The translations under genes were made by a program, and so were the position numbers. Positions 41,078 through 53,571 of a stretch of 64,000 nucleotides of DNA are shown piece after piece (within the stretch, counting starts at the first letter, position 1; every line of letters starts with the position of its first letter). This DNA is from Squalus acanthias. Lineage: Eukaryota. The stretch spans positions 16,618,001 to 16,682,000 of the forward strand of contig CM059432.1 of NCBI GenBank assembly GCA_030390025.1. Direction: 5' to 3'. The notes beneath the pieces are model-generated. The model was not told where the DNA came from. It saw nothing but the letters and a program-made list of their open reading frames with translations, and made no database searches.

Positions 41078-41560
41078 GGCCTGGATTTTGCCGTAGGAAT
41101 AATGATAAGGCTATCAGCGTTCCCCATTATTATAGAGTAAATCGGACAGCGACTTGCGGCGTCCACATATGCACCGTTAAACGCGAAAATCAGGCAGTTG
41201 CTGTTCATGTTGCCCTGCTCCTCCACAAGCTTCGCTCTAACAGTATCTCACCCAGAGATTCCCCATTTAAACACATGAAGGGGTGAAGTTGCAGTACTTA
41301 CCCACTAGATACCCACTAAGCATGCCAGAAAGAGTTAGGGATTGTCCTCTCAATTGTAAGTGAATTTTTAACAGCGTGATAAGTCTCCTAATTCCTGCCA
41401 AACAACCTCTCTGGGTACTGAAAATTAACTTTCACAAGTGTGGAGTCTCATTCCTTCAGATCTTAATTATTGTCGGAGATTTAAAAAAAAATTTAACTTA
41501 TTTTTCTGTCTCTCTTCATCCCATCTTTCTTTATTTTGCTTCCTGTACATGATTTTACAT
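41078..41560. mobile_element. Partial GGCC-TIR MITE-family element
   Basis: Starts ggcctggattttgccg, the reverse complement of the 52921-52936 terminus type. Internal homology to 24140-24898. Confidence 0.55.
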
Positions 41561-41639
41561 TGAATGAAATATAAAGAAAAGAAAGATTTGCATTTATATA
41601 GCACCTTTCACGACCACCGAGAGATCTAAGAGTCTCTGT

Positions 41640-42240
41640 AGACTTAACCAAAGCAGAGTAGCAATCAACAAAGCCTATAGAATGTTGAAGTACATACCCC
41701 AAATAGTGGAATGCAAGCCAAAGGTAGTAGTAATCAAAAGATACTGTGCTCTGGTCAGACATCACCTCGAGGAGTGTGCCCAGTTTTGCTCGCCGTGACA
41801 CAGGGGTGATATTCTAGCCTTAGAGGCAGTGTAGTGAACAGCCACGAGACTGATCGCTGGTGGCAGAGGTCTGACTTATGAAGAAACACTGGAGAAACTC
41901 AGCCCAGGATGGAGGTGTCTGAGATGTGTTCTTAGAGGTGTACAAGATAGGTAAAGGAATGGAAAAGGTAAATCTGGAACATGACTTTATATTACAAGAG
42001 TAGAACAAGGGACACAGGTTCAAACTAGTAAATGCTAAATTTAAGACGATATCAAGTATTTCTTCGTCACAGAGTGATCAACATATGGAGTGGACTTTCA
42101 AACAGAGTAGTGGAGGCAAAAAATTGGAGTTATTTAAGAAACAATTGAATGCTGTCATGGGGGAACTGAAGTGTCTTTCTGGATGGATGGATGGATGAAG
42201 ATTGGCCAAATAGTCTTCTTTATCTGTATTTATTTTATGA
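41640..42240 (+). mobile_element. Old, highly degenerate CR1 3' fragment
   Basis: Remnants of LVR.HLEECAQF.SP, .YEE.LEKL and gaacaagggacacaggttcaaacta. Confidence 0.6.
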
Positions 42241-43521
42241 ATCAGTATCTTGCTCCAAAATCGTCAATACACGAGTTTAAGGATAGTACGGTACATTGCA
42301 AAACCAACACAGATTACCTTGAAGTGGTGTGATACAAATTATATTGAGTTCTTGTGAGGAGGCACTGAACAGAGCACACACATTTCTCCACAGGCAGTGT
42401 GGTCATCTGACTATTTAAGTACCTAACAGCTGGCTCAGAGCATTAATGGCAAAGGCGTGGCAAAAGAAAACCATCTGCCTTCTTTGCCACAGAAGGTGCT
42501 TAGCCTGATGAAATCATGGGAGAAAAACAGTAGGGAAGGTATAGAAGCTGCATTTTCTTGCGTTATTTATCGACATTCAGTTCAACAACATGTGGTGCAC
42601 ATTTAACAAGGAAGATTGCGGATCAGACAGGGTGTCATTTTACATGACCAATTTTCAGGTTAAAGTAAGAACGAAGAACGTCAGCCATTCCAGGTGTTGG
42701 TTGTGTCAGCGCCTCAGAAAACCTATGGGTCTGCAATGAATCATGATTTGAGAGGTTTGATAAGGATTGTGATTGTGAACTCTAGAAGTATAGCGGCAGC
42801 CTCAGGGAGGACTAATTCAGAAGGAAGGGGTTAAAGATACTTGAGTGTGGTCTGACTTGGATCAACTGTTTTCTAGTTAGAACAAAATAGTTTCTAGTAA
42901 CCACATTCATCAACTTTTATGTTTATTATGCACATCAATTTAATACATTTATCTAAAAGCAGTATTTTAAATGTTAATCAATCGTATTTAAATAAGTAGT
43001 CAAGAAAAAAATGGTTCAGGAAAACTTCTGGTAATTACAAAACAGAATGAGAAACACAAGAAATGAAAAAGGAAACCTTCCAGATAGCCTGCTTTATTCT
43101 ACTGTCTTGAATCCACATTGCAGTTCTACATCTGAGGGAGGGGGAAGGGGGGACCAGCTGGTTCTCCGAGACCTTCTGCAAAACCATTGTGGTTGTTGCT
43201 TTTCTATACTGAATGACCATTGCCAATCTTTGTTGAGTAATACATGATCTTCTGTTCATGCCTGTTCTCCCTCTCTTAAGTTTTCTACATTATAATCGTG
43301 ACTGCTCTTCAACCGTAATTAATTGGCCGTGAAGCACTTTAGGGCATCAGAGGATGTGAAAGGTACTACAAATTCGTATTTATTTCTTTACCATTTCTAT
43401 CTAGCACTGGGAATCACAGCCATTGGGAGACATGGAATCGAACGTCGATCTCTCTTCCTTGTCTTTACTATTGAGTCCATCTGTGGATCCAAGACATTAG
43501 AAGAAATTGGAATTTTACGAA

Positions 43522-45995
43522 ATTGAGATGTGATTTAGCAAAAGTGGACTGGAAACAGCTACCTGAAAGTAAATCAGTGTCAGAGCAGTGGGAGGGATTC
43601 AAGGAGGAGATAGTGAGGGTTCAGAGCAGATGTGTTCCCACAAAGAAAAAGGGTGGGACTCCCAAATCTACTGGCCCCTGGATGTCAAGGGGCATACAGG
43701 GTAAGATAAGGTAAAAAAGGGAAGCTTACGTCAGATACCGAGAGCTAAATACTGCAGAAAGCCTAGAGGAGTATCAAAAGTACAGGGGTGAAATTAAAAA
43801 GGAAATTAGGAAAATAAAGAGAGGGCATGAAAAAATATTGGCAAGTAACATCAGGGAAAACCCAAAGATGTTTTATAAACACATAAAATACATAAAGAGC
43901 AAGAGGATAACTAAGGAAAGATAGGGCCTATTAGAGACCAAAAAGAAAACCTGTGTGTGGAGGCGGAAGACGTGGGTATGGCTCTCAATGAATACTTTGC
44001 GTCTGTCTTCACAAAAGAGAGGGACGATGCAGGCATTGCAGGTAAGGAAGAGGAGTGTGAAATATTAGATGAGATAAACATAGTGAGAGAGGAAGTATTA
44101 AGGGGTTTAGCATTTTTGAAAGTAGATAAATCACCAGGCCCGGATGAAATGTATCCCAGGCCGTTAAGAAAAGCAAGGGAGAAAATAGTGGAGGCTCTGA
44201 CCATCATTTTCCAATCCTCTCGGGCTACAGGTATGGTCCCGGAAGACTGCTAATGTTGTACCATTGTTTAAAAAGGGAGAAGGGGATAGACCTAGTAATT
44301 ACAGGCCAGCTAGCCTAACCTCAGTGGTGGGCAAATTATTAGAAAAAATTCTGAGGGATAGTATTAATCGTCATTTAGAAAGGCACAGATTAATCAAGGA
44401 CAGCCAGCATGGATTTGTTAAGGGAAGGTCGTGACTGACTAACTTGATTGAGTTTTTTTGAGGAGGTAACAAGGAGGATCGATGAGGGTAGCGCGTTTGA
44501 TGTAGTCTACATGGAATTTAGCAAGGCTTTTGACAAGGTCCCACATGGCAGACTAGTCAGAAAAGTAAAGCCCATGGGATCCACGGGAAAGTGGCAAGTT
44601 GGATCGAAAATTGGTTCAGTGGCAGGAAGCAAGGGTAATGCGTGTTCTTGTGACTGGAAGTGGTACAGTAGAAATCAATGATTTAGATTTCAATGTCGGG
44701 GGCATGATTAAGAAGTTTACAGATGATACAAAAATTGGCCATGTGGTTGATAGTGAGAAAGAAAGCTGTAGACTGCAGGAAGATATCAATGGACTGGTCA
44801 GGTGGGCAGAAAAGTGGCAAATGTAATTCAATCGGAGAAGTGTGAGGTAATGCATTTGGGGAGTGCTAACAAGGCAAGGGAATACAAAATACAGGAAACT
44901 CTTTATTAACCGGCACCGACGGGACCGGCATGGTGCCGGTTTATCAAAAAGTCCGGATAACGGAGAGTTATATCTACCAAGGTACGGGGAGCCCTGTACA
45001 TGGCCACAGATCCAGGAGTCCCTGGTGCACGGCCACAGGTGCAGGAACCCCGGTCACATTAAAGAATTTCTGCATCTCCCTTCTTGTGACAGATCTTACA
45101 GCGAGCATTCAGCAAAGACTTGGCCCATATAATGCTACGATCCAGTGTAGAGAGATGAAGGAAAACCCCGTTACCTACTCAAGAATTTTGCCGGTTATGA
45201 GAGATTTCCGGATATTTGGGTGCCGGTTAATAAAGAGTTTCCTGTAAATGGTAGGATACTGAGAAGTGTAGAGGAACAGAGACACCTTGGAGTGCATGTC
45301 CACAGATCCTTGAAGGTAGCAAGACAGGTAGATAAGGTGGTTAAGAAGGCATACGGGATACTTTCCTTTATTAGCTGAGGCATAGAATATAAGAGCAGGG
45401 AGGTTATGCTTGAACTGTATAAAATATTAGTTTGGCCACAGGTAGAGTACTGTGTGCAGTTCTGGTCACCACATTACAGGAAAGATATGATTGCACTAGA
45501 GAGAGTACAGAGGAAATATATGAGGCTGCTGCCAGGACTGGAGAATTTTAGCTATGAAGAAAGATTGGATAGGCTGGGGTTGTTTTATTTGGAACAGAGG
45601 AGGCTGAGGGGAGACTTAATTGAGGTATATAAAATTGAGAGGCCTCGATAGAGTGGATAGGAAGGACCTATTTCCCTTAGCAGAGAGGTCAATAACCGGG
45701 GACATAGATTTAAAGTAATTGGTAGAAGGATTAGAGGGGAGTTGAGGAGAACTTTTTCCACCCAGAGGGTGGTGAGGGTCTGGAACTCATTGCCTGAAAG
45801 GGTGGTATAGGCAGGAGCCCTCATCACATTTAAAAAGTACTTGGATATGCACTTGAAGTGCTGTAACCTACAAGGCTACGGACCAAGAGCTTGAAAGTGG
45901 GAATTAGGCTGGATAGCTCTTTTTCGGCTGGCACAGACACAATGGGCCGAATGGCCTCCTTCTGTACCGTAAATTTCTATGATTCTTCCATGATT
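43522..45995 (+). mobile_element. CR1 family A ORF2/3' region interrupted by a Tc1/mariner MITE
   Basis: [47 protein letters not shown]. Confidence 0.9.
44892..45244. mobile_element. Tc1/mariner-superfamily (pogo/Tigger-like) MITE, 353 bp
   Basis: Perfect 26-bp TIR CAGGAAACTCTTTATTAACCGGCACC, TA duplicated at both ends, host CR1 contiguous across it. Confidence 0.92.
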
Positions 45996-46163
45996 CATCT
46001 GCAGAACTCAAGTTATTTTATCCTTCATGTTATACTCCATTGTACAGAGAAATATTGAGTTGTTTCAGTAAAAATGGATCAAACTACAAACAAGTTATTC
46101 GTAAAACATAATTTATGTTAAATGAAGCACTGCAAATGACCTGAAACTCAAATGTTTACTTAC

Positions 46164-46194
46164 TTGGGTAAGGAAGGCAAGGCTCGTTCTCCTT
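46164..46194 (-). CDS. PTK2: PTK2/FAK 31-nt coding exon (phase 1-2): (E)GERALPSLP(K), proline-rich Src-SH3-binding linker motif
   Basis: Minus strand reads ttttctttcttgtttccacag|AAGGAGAACGAGCCTTGCCTTCCTTACCCAA|gtaagt. Matches FAK EGERALPSIPK and the phases fit both neighbours. Absent from the ORF track. Confidence 0.95.
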
Positions 46195-46749
46195 CTGTGG
46201 AAACAAGAAAGAAAATTTAAGCAGATTAACAACAGTTTCCTTCTTTATTAGTTGAATCTTATTGGTGCTTTTACTAAATCAGCATGCACTGTTTTAAAGC
46301 TGTAAATTACAGGATCAAGAACTCCATGATCCATATGATTGCTGGTTTATATCTATCCAAAAAACAATCTGCAACCAGCAGGATATCCAAACTAAAAAAA
46401 ATGCACATCCATTGCCAGTTGAATCTATGAACAGGATGTAGCACATCATGAGATAATCCTATTTTCTGGAGCTTGAATTTGGTTTATCAATAAATTCTTT
46501 CATTTAGTGTTTAGGTTAAAGTTAATTCATTCCTAGTTATGTAAAGATGACTGGTTATAGTATAGCCAAGTTCCATCAAACAATTTTCACTTCACATAAT
46601 CACAGGAGCAGAACAATTTATTGGCTTGTAAACATTGTTGGCCCTCATAATAAGGCCTGGGTGGCATATGCCCTTCACTCGTGGCTGTAGGCAGACTTGC
46701 TGTTCCATATGCCTCTCAGTCTTTGAATTGCAGTCTGCCTAGGACATTT

Positions 46750-49090
46750 TTTAAATTCGTTCATGGGAAGTGGGCGTCGCTGGCAAGGCCAGCATTTATT
46801 GCCCATCCCTAATTGCCCTTGAGAAGGTGGTGGGGAGCTGCCTTCTTGAACCGCTGCAGTCCATTTGGTAAGGTACTCCCACAGTGCTGATAGGGAGGGA
46901 GTTCCAGGATTTTGACCGAACGACGAAGGAACGGCGATATACTTCCAAGTCAGGATGGTGTGTGACTTGGAGGGGAACTTGGAGGTGGTGGTGTTCCCAT
47001 GCGCCTGCTGCCCTTGTCCTTCTAGGTGGTAGAGGTCACGGGTTTGGGAGATGCTGCCGAAGAAGCCCCGGCGAGTTGCTGCAGTGCATCTTGTAGATGA
47101 TTCACACTGCAGCCACGGTACGCCGGTGGTGGAGGGAGTGAATGTTTAAGGTGGTGGATGAGGTGCCAATCAAGTGGGCTGCTTTGTCCTGGATGGTGTC
47201 GATCTTCTTCAGGGTTGTTGGAGCTGTACTCATCCAGGCAAGTGAGAGTATTCCATCACACTCCTCACTTGTGCCTTGTAGATGGTGGAAAAGCTTTGGG
47301 GAGTTAGGAGGCGAGACACTCGCCGCAGAATACCCAGCCTCTGACCTGCTCTTGTTGCCACAGTATTTATGTGGCTGGTCCAGTTAAGTTTCTGGTCAAT
47401 GGTGACCCCCAGGATATTGATGGTGGGGGATTCGGCGATGGTAATGCCATTGCATGTCAAGGGACGCTCGCATTTTGGAGATAGTCATTGCCTGGCACTT
47501 ATGTTGTGCGAATGTTACCTGCCATTTATCAGCCTAAGCCTGAATGTCGTCCAGATCTTGTTGCATGCGGGCATGGACTGCTTCATTATCAGAGGAGTTG
47601 TGAATGGCACTGAACACTGTGCAGTCATCAGCAAGCATCCCGAGGAACTCCTGCAGCGATATCCTGGGGCCGTGATAATTGACCTTCAACCACTTTCCTT
47701 TGTGCTCGGTATGACTCCAGCCAGTGGAGAGTTCCCCTTCCCCCCGCCCCGATTTCCATTGACTTCAGTTTTACTAGGGCTCCTTGATGCCACACTAGGT
47801 CAAATGCTGCCTTGATGTCAAGGGCAATCACTCTCACCTCACCTCTGGAATTCAGCTCTTTTGTCCATGTTTGGACCAAGGCTGTAATGAGGTCGGGAGC
47901 CGAGTGGTCCTGGCAGAACCCAGACTGGGCCTCAGTGAGCAAGTTATTGGTGAGTAAGTGCTGCTTGACAGCACTGTTGATGACACCTTCCATCACTTTG
48001 CTGATGATTGAGAGTAGACTGATGGGGCGGTAATTGGCCGGATTGGATTTGTCCTGCATTTTGTGGACAGGACATACCTGGTCAGTTTTCCACGTTGTTG
48101 GATAGATGCCAGTGTTATAGCTGTACTGGAACAGCTTGGCTCGAGGCGCAGCTAGTTCTGGAGCACAAGTCTTCAGCACGACAGCCGGGATGTTGTCGGG
48201 GCCCACAGCCTTTGCTGTATCCAGTGCGCTCAGCCGTTTCTTGATATTACATGGAGTGAATCAAATTGGCTGAAGACTGGCTTCTGTGATGGTGGGGACC
48301 TCAGGAGGAGGCGGAGATGGATAATGCACTTGGCACTCCTGGCTGAAGATGGTTGCAAATGCTTCAGCTTTGTCTTTTGCACTCACGTGCTGGGCTCCAC
48401 CATCATTGAGGATGGGGATATTCATGGAGCCTCCCCCTCCCGTTTGTTGTTTAATGGTCCACCACCATTCACGACTGGATGTGGCAGGACTGCAGAGCTT
48501 TGGTCTGATCCCTTGATTGTTGGATCACTTAAGCTCTGTCTTTAGCACGCTGCTTCCACTGTTTAGCATGCATGTAGTCCTGTGTTGCAGCTGCCCCAGG
48601 TTGGCACCGAATTTTTAGGTACGCCTGGTGCTGCTCCTGGCATGCTCTTCTACTCTCCTCATTGAACCAGAGTTGGTCCCCTGGCTTGATGGTAATGGGA
48701 GAGTGAGGGATATGCCATGAGGTTAGATTGTGGTGGAATACAATTCTGCTGCTGCTGATGGCCCACAGTGCCTCATGGATGCCCAGTTTTGACTCTGTGT
48801 GTATGATTATGTCAGGCTATTGCTTGACTAGTCTGTGGGACAGCTCTCCCAATTTTTTCACAAGTCCCCAGATGTTGGAGAGGAGGACTTTGCAGCGTCG
48901 ACTGGGCTGGGTGTGCTGTTGTCGGGTCCGTAGCCAGAGCCGAGGTCGATGCCGGGTGGTCCGTCCAGTTTAATTCTTATTGTTTTTCGTAGCTTTTTGT
49001 TTTTAACAACTGAGTGGCTTGCTAAGCCATTTCAGAGGGCAGTTAAGAGTCAACCAGATTGCTGTGGGTCTGGAGTCACATGTAGGCCAG
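46750..49090 (-). mobile_element. CR1-clade family B with internal deletions; a further 3' fragment lies at about 49198-49360
   Basis: GPDNIPAVVLKTCAPELA...NYRPISLLSIISKVME...LDIKAAFD. Confidence 0.92.
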
Positions 49091-49093
49091 ATG

Positions 49094-49198
49094 GCCAGTT
49101 CTGACAAAGAGTCATCGACCCGAAATGTTAACTCTGTTTCTCTTTCCACGATGCTGCCTGCCCTGCTGAGTGTTTCCAGCATTTTTTGTTGTTATTTC
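49094..49198 (+). mobile_element. Single arm of the Penelope-derived element with a degenerate hammerhead motif
   Basis: ccagttctgacaaagagtcatcgacccgaaatgttaactc...gctgagtgtttccagcattt. Confidence 0.7.
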
Positions 49199-51050
49199 GC
49201 CTGCTGCCCTTGTCCTTCGAGGTGGTAGAGGTCGCAGGTTTGGGAGGTGCTGTCCAAGAAGCCTTGGCAAGTTGCTGCCATGCATCTTGTAGATGGTACA
49301 CACTGCAGCCACGGTGCGCTGGTGGTGGAGGGAGTGAATGTTTAATGTGGGTGGGTGCTGATCAAGCTTATAATAGCATATACATTTATTAGTGCAATTT
49401 ATTTACATTGCACCATTTATCACTACAGTCAGATTATTATTTTAAGTTTTAGGATTTTTTTTCCATGATCCTGGTCTGACTTCCTTCTCAATCCGCTCCC
49501 CAAGGCTGGTTATTGCCCAGCCTTGCCTATGGCCCTGCCGATTCCATGATAGCACGTTCCCTGTGGCAAAGAAATTGAGGCAGATGCATTATGGATGAAT
49601 CTGAGACGGGAAAGATCACAAGCAAAGATTGAGTCACAGGGTAAAACAGCTTATCCCAAGAGTCAATATGATTGAGATTTTCCATGTATTTAAGTGTATT
49701 GCCCAAGAAAGAGGGACATACCAAGACAGAACATTTAAAATCTGTCATCTTGTGTTAGACTTCTCTGCCCTAAATATATCTATAGTTTCACAAAGACAGA
49801 GTGCACATGAGCAAGAGGGAGATATCGAGGAAGTTACTGTCTTCTGAACCGACTATGATCAGCTGCTGTTTCTGGACAGCAGAATTATTGGCATGGTGCC
49901 ACTCATTCCCCCAATGAATACCAAGACAGTTAATTACAGTATATCAGGTTCAAAAATAAAATCAAAGATTAATCTAAGGAAATTGCTCATATCAGGAAAC
50001 TGCTCTCCACATATTTGTTATCAATATCCATTAATGCCATGGCGACTAGAGCAAGTCAGAGACTGGGTATTCTGTGGCGAGTGGCTCGTCTTCTGGCTCC
50101 CCAAAGCCCCTCATCCACCTTCAAGGTATAAGTGTGATGGAATACCTTGTGGCTAATTGTGGGAGTACCTTAACCACAAGGACTGCAGCGGATCAAGAAG
50201 TCGGCTCACCGCCACCATCTACAACCCTCAAGTCAGCTTCTACACTAATGCTGCTGTTAATCCAAGTGATTCTGACAACTGTTTACTGAGGGCAGGAATT
50301 TATGCTCTCGGCAGAATTCCCACCGACAATATGCAGCAGCTGCTATCACTTACATTGGCAAAAAGGCTGGCAGAGGCAGTGCTGAGGAAAATAGTCCCGT
50401 CCATACTGATTTTTGTCAGCAAATGTTAACACACAGAAACACCGACGGTTAGCGTGCATGGAACAAGCAGCCAGATTAGGGTAAATACAAATTGGAAAAA
50501 GAAGAAATCCAAGGACTAAATATCAGACAGATAATAAAAAAGCTACTGTTATAGGAACAAAGAGTAGAAGGATTTAGAAGTTTCATAAAGCAACTTAACT
50601 TTTTGCATCTAAAAATTTGATATACATTTACAATCATTATAAAAATCTATCAATTCAATGAATCAGCATTACGTATTATTTTAAAAATGTTGATCAATGT
50701 CAGAATTTTATGGAAGACAGCCCAAAATAATGCAAATCTACCTAAAATGCAGTAAGAAACACTGGAGTGCAGATTGCCAGGGTAGTGGCAAAAAATGCAC
50801 TATAACAAATATTTTGTCTCCACAATACAGAAGGACATGCTTTGGAACATTTAGTAAAAACTCGGTTATTGAGTACACTGTATACTATTATAAATAAGGT
50901 TGAGTTGCCCTTTAAAAGGAAACACAAGCGTAAGGAAACATGCGTAACTAGGTTTTGGAAAGGTCAGGTGTGAATGCGAGCTTAAGCAAGGCATTTTTAA
51001 ATCGAGCGTGAAATCTATCTGCGGTGCTCTATTGAGCGTGAAATCTATCT

Positions 51051-51478
51051 ACGGTGGCATAGTGGTTAGCACTGGTGCCTCACAGCGCCAGAGACCCGGG
51101 TTCGAATCTGACCTCGGGTGACTGTCTGTGTGGAGTTTGCACATTCTCCCCGTGTCTGCGTGGGTTTCCTCCGGGTGCTCCGGTTTCCTCCCACAGTCCA
51201 AAAATGTGCAGGTTAGGTTGATTTGGCTATGATAAATTGACCCTTAGTGTTAGGGGGGGATTAAATATGTGGGGTTATGGGGATAGGATGGGATATGTTA
51301 GGGGGAATTAAATGCGTGGGGTTACGGGGGTAGGGTGGGATGTGAGTACTGTGGGGATTGGGGCAGGGACAGGGTGCTGGATTTGGATGATCAGCCATGA
51401 TCGTATTGAATGGCGGAGCAGGCTCGACGGGCCGAATGGCCTACTCCTGCTCCTAGATTCTATGTTTCTATGTTTCTA
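51051..51478 (+). mobile_element. tRNA-derived V-SINE (HE1-like) with CR1-derived tail
   Basis: A box tggcatagtgg, B box ggttcgaatc, V-domain, ttctatgt tail. Near reverse complement of 4965-5391. Confidence 0.9.
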
Positions 51479-51499
51479 TCAGATATGCCTTCTTAACTT

Positions 51500-51900
51500 C
51501 CCTGGCGTGCATTTATTGAGAGTGATAGTGGAGAAGTAGAGCTGGGTGTTGTCAGCATACATATGGAAGCTGATCTCATGTCTGCAAATGATGTCACCAA
51601 GGGTCAGCATGCAGATGAGGAAGACGAGAGGGCAAAGGATAGATCCTTGGGGGACTCGAGGTAATGGTGCGTGAGCTGGAAGAGAAGCTGGAAACGCTCT
51701 GGCCACGATTGGATGATTAAGAGTGGAACCAAACAAGGGTAGTCTCACTGAACTGGATACTGGAGGAGAGGCATTGGAGGAGGATGGTGTGGTCAACCTC
51801 ATCAAAGGCAGAAAAATTGAGGCGGACGAGGAGGGATAATGCGGCACACTCTCAACATTGGTGCTGTGGCAGGAGTAGAAACCTGATTGGAGAGATTCCA
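51500..51900 (-). mobile_element. L2-clade RT fragment
   Basis: LQSGF...HST, VPQGSILCPLVFLI.M..LGDII..H.ISFHMYADNTQLYFS. Confidence 0.8.
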
Positions 51901-52056
51901 TCAGGGTGTTGCAACTAACTTGTTGCATTATTATTTACCCTGTTCAACCACTTAAAAATTGGAACAAGTTTTTCCAATTTTCAATGATTAAATCATTCTT
52001 ATTCATCAAACAAACAATACTCATCAGCAGCACCAAAATAGATTCATTGATTACTT

Positions 52057-52302
52057 CAACAAAAGCAAAATACTGCGGATGCTGGAAATCTGAAATAAAC
52101 ACAGAAAATGCTGGAAATACTCAGCAGGTCAGGCAGTATCTGTGGACAGAGAAACAGTTAACGTTTCAGGTCGATGAACCTTTTGTCAGAACTGGCAGTT
52201 CGGCAGCTCTGACGAAAGGTCATCGGCCTGAAACGTTAACTGTTTCTCTGTCCACAGATACTGCCTGACTTGCTGAGTATTTCCAGCATTTTCTGTTTTT
52301 AT
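52057..52302. mobile_element. Palindromic Penelope-derived element carrying hammerhead motifs
   Basis: About 110-bp inverted arms. TSD ttcattgattactt at 52043-52056 and 52303-52316. Confidence 0.85.
52204..52242 (+). ncRNA. Minimal type-I hammerhead ribozyme motif
   Basis: cagct-CTGACGA-aaggtcatcggcct-GAAAC-GTT-aactg: conserved core, stem II hairpin, stem I flanks (one mismatch) and palindromic stem III AACGTT. Confidence 0.65.
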
Positions 52303-52463
52303 TTCATTGATTACTTGTCATACTTGCTGTGCACCTTGTGAGCAATGTAGCTAACGCACTCGCCCACATAACAACTGCAACTACAGTTCATGTAAACTTC
52401 ATGTAAACTAATTAATTGGCTGTGAAGCTATTAGGGAAAAACTGAAGATGTATAATAAACAAT

Positions 52464-52936
52464 GGCCTGTAATTTGTGGTCAGCTGCAAAACGCTGGCGA
52501 TCGCCGCTGACCTCGAAGAAAACTGCCCACAGAGATCTTGCGATCTCTGTGGCAAAAACTTGAGCTTTCTCAACGTGAAATTGATTGTAGCGTTGTCAAT
52601 AGGGTATCCCCAGCGCGATGCAGCAGGGACGTCATCAAGCTGTCTAAGCAGCCAATCACATTGAAGAATTCTCACAGACAGCAAACCAGGAAATAAAAAG
52701 CACTGATTATCTGCACTTTTTAAAAATGTTAGAGAGCGAAATAAAGATTGGGACATACACATAGGGTTAAAGTAGAAGCTGAAATATCATGAACATACTT
52801 TAAAAAAACCAACATTTAAAAAAAAATCTAATAATTTTTTTGCCTGTGCTAAATCCTGAAATTATGGTCAGTTTCAGAGGAGTAATGACAGCGAACGCCG
52901 ACAGTTCGTCCTCATTACCACCGCAAAATCCGGGCC
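52464..52936. mobile_element. Harbinger-like MITE, same family as 10349-11046
   Basis: TIRs ggcctgtaatttgtgg / ccgcaaaatccgggcc, AAT on both flanks, shared internal agatctcgcgat and cagccaatcaca. Confidence 0.8.
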
Positions 52937-53453
52937 AATATAATTGCATGTTCTCTTCTTTCCTAATACTAGTTATGCACTCTGACTATGCTGCGTAACA
53001 AACTGCAAATTGGCAGCTGCAGAGTAAATGACATCAGAGTGAGGCAGTGTCAGCAAGTATGACCTTCATTATAGTGCTGAAATGTGGCAGAATCATACTC
53101 ATCGGTGCAACGAGAGATCGTGGCACGTCAATTGGGGTGTGCAGGATAATTTACAAGGAGTTAATGTTTTTCTGGAATTCAACACAAGTAGCTAAAGCAG
53201 ATAATTTGGAAAGTATCTCTTGTATCACAGATATACATAATTAAGCTGTACTAAAATAAACTTCAACCCAGATGTATGCTTCTGCAAAACAAGTCTTCAA
53301 TGTATTCCGCAATTTCAGATTTTAATGAGTGTACAGATGTTTACGATCAGATGCCTGTACTTTCTCATTAAAATCAGAAATGCAGCTGCCAGATATCACG
53401 TGTAAATATCAGTTAAAAAGCTAGAAAGAACTCTAGAGGACACAAAATCTTAC

Positions 53454-53571
53454 CTTTCTGGGACCTAATAATGAATGACTGTATGACTCCATTCACTAGG
53501 CGACAATAACCATCTATCAAGTCTGCCATGTTCTCTGCAATGTTCAGCGATGGAGTTGTTATAGTCAAAGG
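53454..53571 (-). CDS. PTK2: PTK2/FAK coding exon (118 nt, phase 0-1), end of FERM domain: PLTITTPSLNIAENMADLIDGYCRLVNGVIQSFIIRSQK
   Basis: Contains the FAK signature AENMADLIDGYCRLVNG. Acceptor ttattttcag, donor AAG|gtaaga. In frame with the previous exon. Confidence 0.97.

Noticed and set aside
51051..51125. tRNA gene (also at 5320-5391)
   Set aside because: The A and B boxes belong to the tRNA-derived head of a V-SINE. It continues into the V-domain and LINE tail with no tRNA 3' end or terminator.
52057..52302. CRISPR array, or Rho-independent terminator or pre-miRNA reading of the hairpins
   Set aside because: No repeat-spacer periodicity and the context is eukaryotic. The hairpins are multicopy, TSD-flanked and transposon-derived.
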